A stretch of DNA of 6,901 nt from a virus. Each line of letters opens with the position of its first letter. Within the stretch, counting starts at the first letter, position 1. Of this stretch, positions 3,835 through 6,901 are shown piece after piece. The notes below the pieces were generated by a model. The model made no database searches. It saw only the letters and a program-made list of their open reading frames with translations, and was not told the DNA's origin. A program made the position numbers and the translations under genes. The stretch is from positions 1-6,901 of IMG/VR virus record IMGVR_UViG_3300022758_000088. One strand, 5' to 3'.

Positions 3835-5736
3835 TTAATAAGGCATACCATCATAGTCGAAGTTCCGGACAGCCTTAACATCCAGATACAACGAAGACAA
3901 AAACTGATCAGTATCCATCGAACTGTCAGCAGCAACTTTAAAGATACTGTCCAAAACGGACGGATTTACTTTAAAGAAACCATAATTCAGCGAATACGTA
4001 GGAAGAGACTCACCGGGGGAAATAGTAGAAGTCACCCATTTAGAAAGATACTCAGGATCAAGCGGAGCAACCCAGGACTTCAAAGTAGAACGGAAAGCTC
4101 CGTACACTTCGTCATAGTCGGTCTTTAAATCAATAAATCGAGGGGTGTAACCCATAACCGATCCGGTAGGATCAGAAGCAAATGTATCAGACTTGTAATT
4201 AAAGAACCTACCAAAATGAAGCGACTGCATACCAATAGAATCAAATTCCGGGAAGGGAAGATCGGCAGTATTGGTATATAAAAGCTCCTGAGGCTGGCCG
4301 GTAATCACATAATCCAAAAGAGGAACCACATGGTAAATAGCCATCAGAATACCATATTCATCAGAAGAGAAATTTACTCCTCCTTGGCCGGAACCAACAC
4401 CTTTACCTTTAATAATAGCAGAGGCATTTTGTTCGGCTTCAGGAAGATAAGTATTAACTACTTCTGAAATATCAATATTGGAGGCGGATCCTCCAACACG
4501 GAAGCAAGTGTCAGAAAGAGCCGGAGACAAAGTCACACCAAAATGAGCATAAATCTGATCACGGGCAGTCTGATCAGCAACCTGAGAAACCTCGCGATAG
4601 CGCTGAACGGTTTCAGCCATACGAAGCTGGAGAACGGTAAACGAGGCCTGAAGAGAAGGATTAGAAATAATAGTCTTAAGAATAGCGCTATCAGGCTGAC
4701 GAGTGGGCATCAAATTGTATTCACCAGTACTAGAACCAGTAACCTTATTCATAGCAATCTGGCCAGTAATGTCAACATCTCCAGTAGCAGATACGCCGAC
4801 AACATTTCCAATAAGGTTTGAAGGAGTCGCAGAACTGGGTATAACATCCACAACAGAAACATCGCCTAACTGGGAATTAGGCATAACTCCCATAAAAAGG
4901 TCTTTCGGCCAGTTGGCATAACGAAGAGTAAAAAGATTGTTACCTGTTATATATTCCTTTAAAGCAGCTAAATCAGAAGTAAAAGAATTAAAAATATTAC
5001 CTCCGGAATACCAATCAAAATTATAGGTATAAGGTTCATTTTGTTCCCATTGAGAAATCCTGAAATGATCTGCATAAATTTTCTGATAAGCAGCAAAAGG
5101 CAAAACATTAACAGAATAGTGAGTATTAATTCCCTGAAGAGAAAAATCAGGAGACTCAGACAAACCTAAACTAAGATAACCAGCACCAGCAGGAGGAGTA
5201 TATTCAGCAGGAAAAAAATTACCATAACGAAGCATCATAGCAAGCTTAGCACCACAAGTACCCGCGTTAAATCCAAAGAAATTTACAACAGGACTAATAC
5301 CAGCAGATGCATTACCATAATACATATCCCAAAGAACAAGCCAAAGATTATAACCTAAACCAGCGGAATGTGCACCAAGAACAGTATAGGGAATATCATT
5401 AGTGACGATCTTGTTTGTACCAATTCCAGATGCCTGGACAGGATTATTCTGCATATTCATAAGAGCCTGAGGAAGGTTCTTATTAATAAGACGCAACGGT
5501 ACAAAATACCAGTCCAAATACTCACGGATACGGGTATACGCAGCTGTATTCACAGGCTGTGTACGGGTAAACAACTGATGACGAATATTGAATTTGTCAC
5601 CGGGATAAACCAGTTTGTAATAAACTGGCAACAGTTCACCAGCCTTACTAGTGAAACAGATACGACGAGAAAGATCGAAACCGGACCTGTGAGGATGATT
5701 CCGAACATCTCCATAAGAAAATAAATTTGAAGCCAT
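3835..5736 (-). CDS. VP1: Major capsid protein VP1 (633 aa), Microviridae F-like
   Basis: The N-terminus is MASNLFSYGDVRNHPHRSGFDLSRRICFTSKAGELLPVYYKLVYPGDKFNI...FTRTQPVNTAAYTRIREYLDWYFVPLRL. This matches the conserved start of Alpavirinae-type microvirus capsid proteins as I remember them. It is the longest ORF and is uninterrupted. Confidence 0.95.
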   Translation of the reverse strand: MASNLFSYGDVRNHPHRSGFDLSRRICFTSKAGELLPVYYKLVYPGDKFNIRHQLFTRTQPVNTAAYTRIREYLDWYFVPLRLINKNLPQALMNMQNNPVQASGIGTNKIVTNDIPYTVLGAHSAGLGYNLWLVLWDMYYGNASAGISPVVNFFGFNAGTCGAKLAMMLRYGNFFPAEYTPPAGAGYLSLGLSESPDFSLQGINTHYSVNVLPFAAYQKIYADHFRISQWEQNEPYTYNFDWYSGGNIFNSFTSDLAALKEYITGNNLFTLRYANWPKDLFMGVMPNSQLGDVSVVDVIPSSATPSNLIGNVVGVSATGDVDITGQIAMNKVTGSSTGEYNLMPTRQPDSAILKTIISNPSLQASFTVLQLRMAETVQRYREVSQVADQTARDQIYAHFGVTLSPALSDTCFRVGGSASNIDISEVVNTYLPEAEQNASAIIKGKGVGSGQGGVNFSSDEYGILMAIYHVVPLLDYVITGQPQELLYTNTADLPFPEFDSIGMQSLHFGRFFNYKSDTFASDPTGSVMGYTPRFIDLKTDYDEVYGAFRSTLKSWVAPLDPEYLSKWVTSTISPGESLPTYSLNYGFFKVNPSVLDSIFKVAADSSMDTDQFLSSLYLDVKAVRNFDYDGMPY

Positions 5737-5741
5737 AAAAT

Positions 5742-5963
5742 TTAAGTTTCGCGATAATAGATATCGCCTAAATTAACAACTGAATAAAAGGATTCTGCAT
5801 AATGAAAATCCGAAAGGATCTGATTCAGTTTCGCAACCTTATGAGAAAACTCCGTAAAAGATCGAGCATTCAAATAAATCTCAGTCACAAGATAAAACTG
5901 ATTGTCTTCGAGCATATTGGAAGACTGATACAAATACGCTTTGTAAGGACGACGACTAGACAT
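5742..5963 (-). CDS. Hypothetical small protein (73 aa) between VP4 and VP1
   Basis: Its ATG (5963..5961) overlaps the VP4 stop in the arrangement ATGTCTAG (8-nt overlap), and it ends 5 nt before the VP1 ATG. The N-terminus is mildly basic (MSSRRPYKAY). No homolog recognised. Confidence 0.55.
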   Translation of the reverse strand: MSSRRPYKAYLYQSSNMLEDNQFYLVTEIYLNARSFTEFSHKVAKLNQILSDFHYAESFYSVVNLGDIYYRET

Positions 5964-6901
5964 TATAATTGGCTCTCTCCGTAAAGAAATTATTCATATC
6001 ATTAAGATGACGATGTTTCACCTTCGAATGCACAAGAGCAGAAAGTTTCGTACGACAAACAGAACCTAATCCGGATTCTGCGAATTCTCTTTGTCTTTCT
6101 TCGGTCTGATTCCAAAAAATATCCGACCAATCGCTCTCAAAAGCCTGAGAATCTGAAAAAAGATCGTGGAGGCTTTGTTTTTCTCTAACATCAAAAAATT
6201 CTTTAGATAACTTAATAGCGGAATAAATCCTATCATAATCTACTCGCGGAGAGAAAAGAGAGAATCCCATCGAAGACAAGAATCTCTCACAATGACGGAA
6301 AAATATGTAAAAACGACTGCAAAAAGATCGCTCAAAAAATTCATCACCAAGAGCACCTCGGGTAGGATCAATATGAAGAAACTGCATAATATCGATCATA
6401 ACAGAATCTCCAGAAAGCTCTTTCACTGTCTCGCTCTGTCTGTCAGACGCGTAGTAATGCTGATAGATGAGCCGGGGGATACAGAAGAGGGAGGATTTCC
6501 AGTAGGCTGGCCGCTGGCAGATATTCCGAGCATGTCGTAATACCTCAACATATTCAGATACAGTACGACGGCCGTGTGCGACGGGTCGAAAAAAGCAGGT
6601 ATCGATAATCGAGCTCCATGGCCGAATAACTCTATATTTGCCATTGACCGGCACGCTGACTCCATCAAGGAGCTTAGAAAAATTTCCCTTCCTACCTTCT
6701 TCAATGGAAGGCGAAAAGAACTGAAATCCAAAGTGGTTAGAGAATCGTGCAAAAGGACGAATGCAGCGATTTTCTTTGAAATGTAAGGGAAGAGACGTAA
6801 AACTATTAAGATATCCCGCAACGTACGACTCAGCCTGTCCTCGGGACGTAGAGCAATCGACACGTCCAAATTTCCAACATGAATTAACAACTCGGATAAA
6901 A
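5956..6901 (-). CDS. VP4: Replication initiator protein VP4, C-terminal part. The 6775-6901 portion duplicates codons already counted in 1-127. The full gene is 783..1 plus 6774..5956, giving 533 aa.
   Basis: The frame is open from the junction (…LHFK|ENRCIRPFARFSNHFGFQFFSPSIEEGRKGNFSKLLDGVS) into the 232-aa track ORF 5956..6654. The M at the start of that track ORF is really an internal GTG (Val) codon. 6774-5956+1 = 819 nt, or 273 codons including the TAG at 5958..5956. Confidence 0.88.
   Translation of the reverse strand, partial: FIRVVNSCWKFGRVDCSTSRGQAESYVAGYLNSFTSLPLHFKENRCIRPFARFSNHFGFQFFSPSIEEGRKGNFSKLLDGVSVPVNGKYRVIRPWSSIIDTCFFRPVAHGRRTVSEYVEVLRHARNICQRPAYWKSSLFCIPRLIYQHYYASDRQSETVKELSGDSVMIDIMQFLHIDPTRGALGDEFFERSFCSRFYIFFRHCERFLSSMGFSLFSPRVDYDRIYSAIKLSKEFFDVREKQSLHDLFSDSQAFESDWSDIFWNQTEERQREFAESGLGSVCRTKLSALVHSKVKHRHLNDMNNFFTERANYNV
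6775..6901. repeat. Second copy of the terminal redundancy (duplicate of 1-127)
   Basis: Identical to 1-127, as described for the first copy. Confidence 0.97.

Noticed and set aside
4179-4186. Additional exact TAnnTTTG matches on the gene strand inside VP1 (4186..4179 TACATTTG and 5168..5161 TAGGTTTG)
   Set aside because: Both lie within the capsid coding sequence. I did not find a properly spaced upstream TTTG or a downstream gene start, so they are consistent with chance occurrence of a degenerate 6-specified-base motif.
6423-6890. 155-aa minus-strand ORF crossing into the terminal repeat
   Set aside because: It is out of frame with VP4, which reads straight through this region and across the circular junction. 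The sequence has no recognisable features.

Overview
The window is one complete, circularly permuted genome of a Microviridae ssDNA phage. Bases 1-127 are identical to 6775-6901, so the unit circle is 6774 nt. It looks like the Alpavirinae / Bacteroidota-associated type, judged from the capsid and Rep sequences as I remember them. Every credible gene is on the minus strand, so the window shows the complement of the coding, virion-sense strand.

Gene order on the minus strand is:
- promoter (~2152-2122)
- ORF91
- ORF114
- a ~400-nt GC-rich, hairpin-dense non-coding island (1091-1490)
- an 18% GC tract (990-1090)
- ORF64
- VP4 (HUH replication initiator, 533 aa, wrapping the window junction: 783..1 joined to 6774..5956)
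- ORF73
- VP1 (major capsid, 633 aa)
- ORF137
- VP2 (pilot/minor capsid, 399 aa)
- terminator hairpin (2216-2190)

The supplied ORF track misses the N-terminal 261 codons of VP4 because that part runs off the window edge. It shows only off-frame ORFs there.

The feature most worth a second look is the non-coding island. A normally very compact virus spends about 7% of its genome on a compositionally foreign block of perfect hairpins. Six of these hairpins are C-GNA-G triloop mini-hairpins, and only when read on the virion-sense strand. Long-range complementarities suggest multi-helix junctions and a possible pseudoknot. I cannot assign the island to any RNA family I know. The two leading ideas are an ssDNA complementary-strand origin and a novel structured RNA or intron. 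All folding and counting was done by hand, and no database search was possible.
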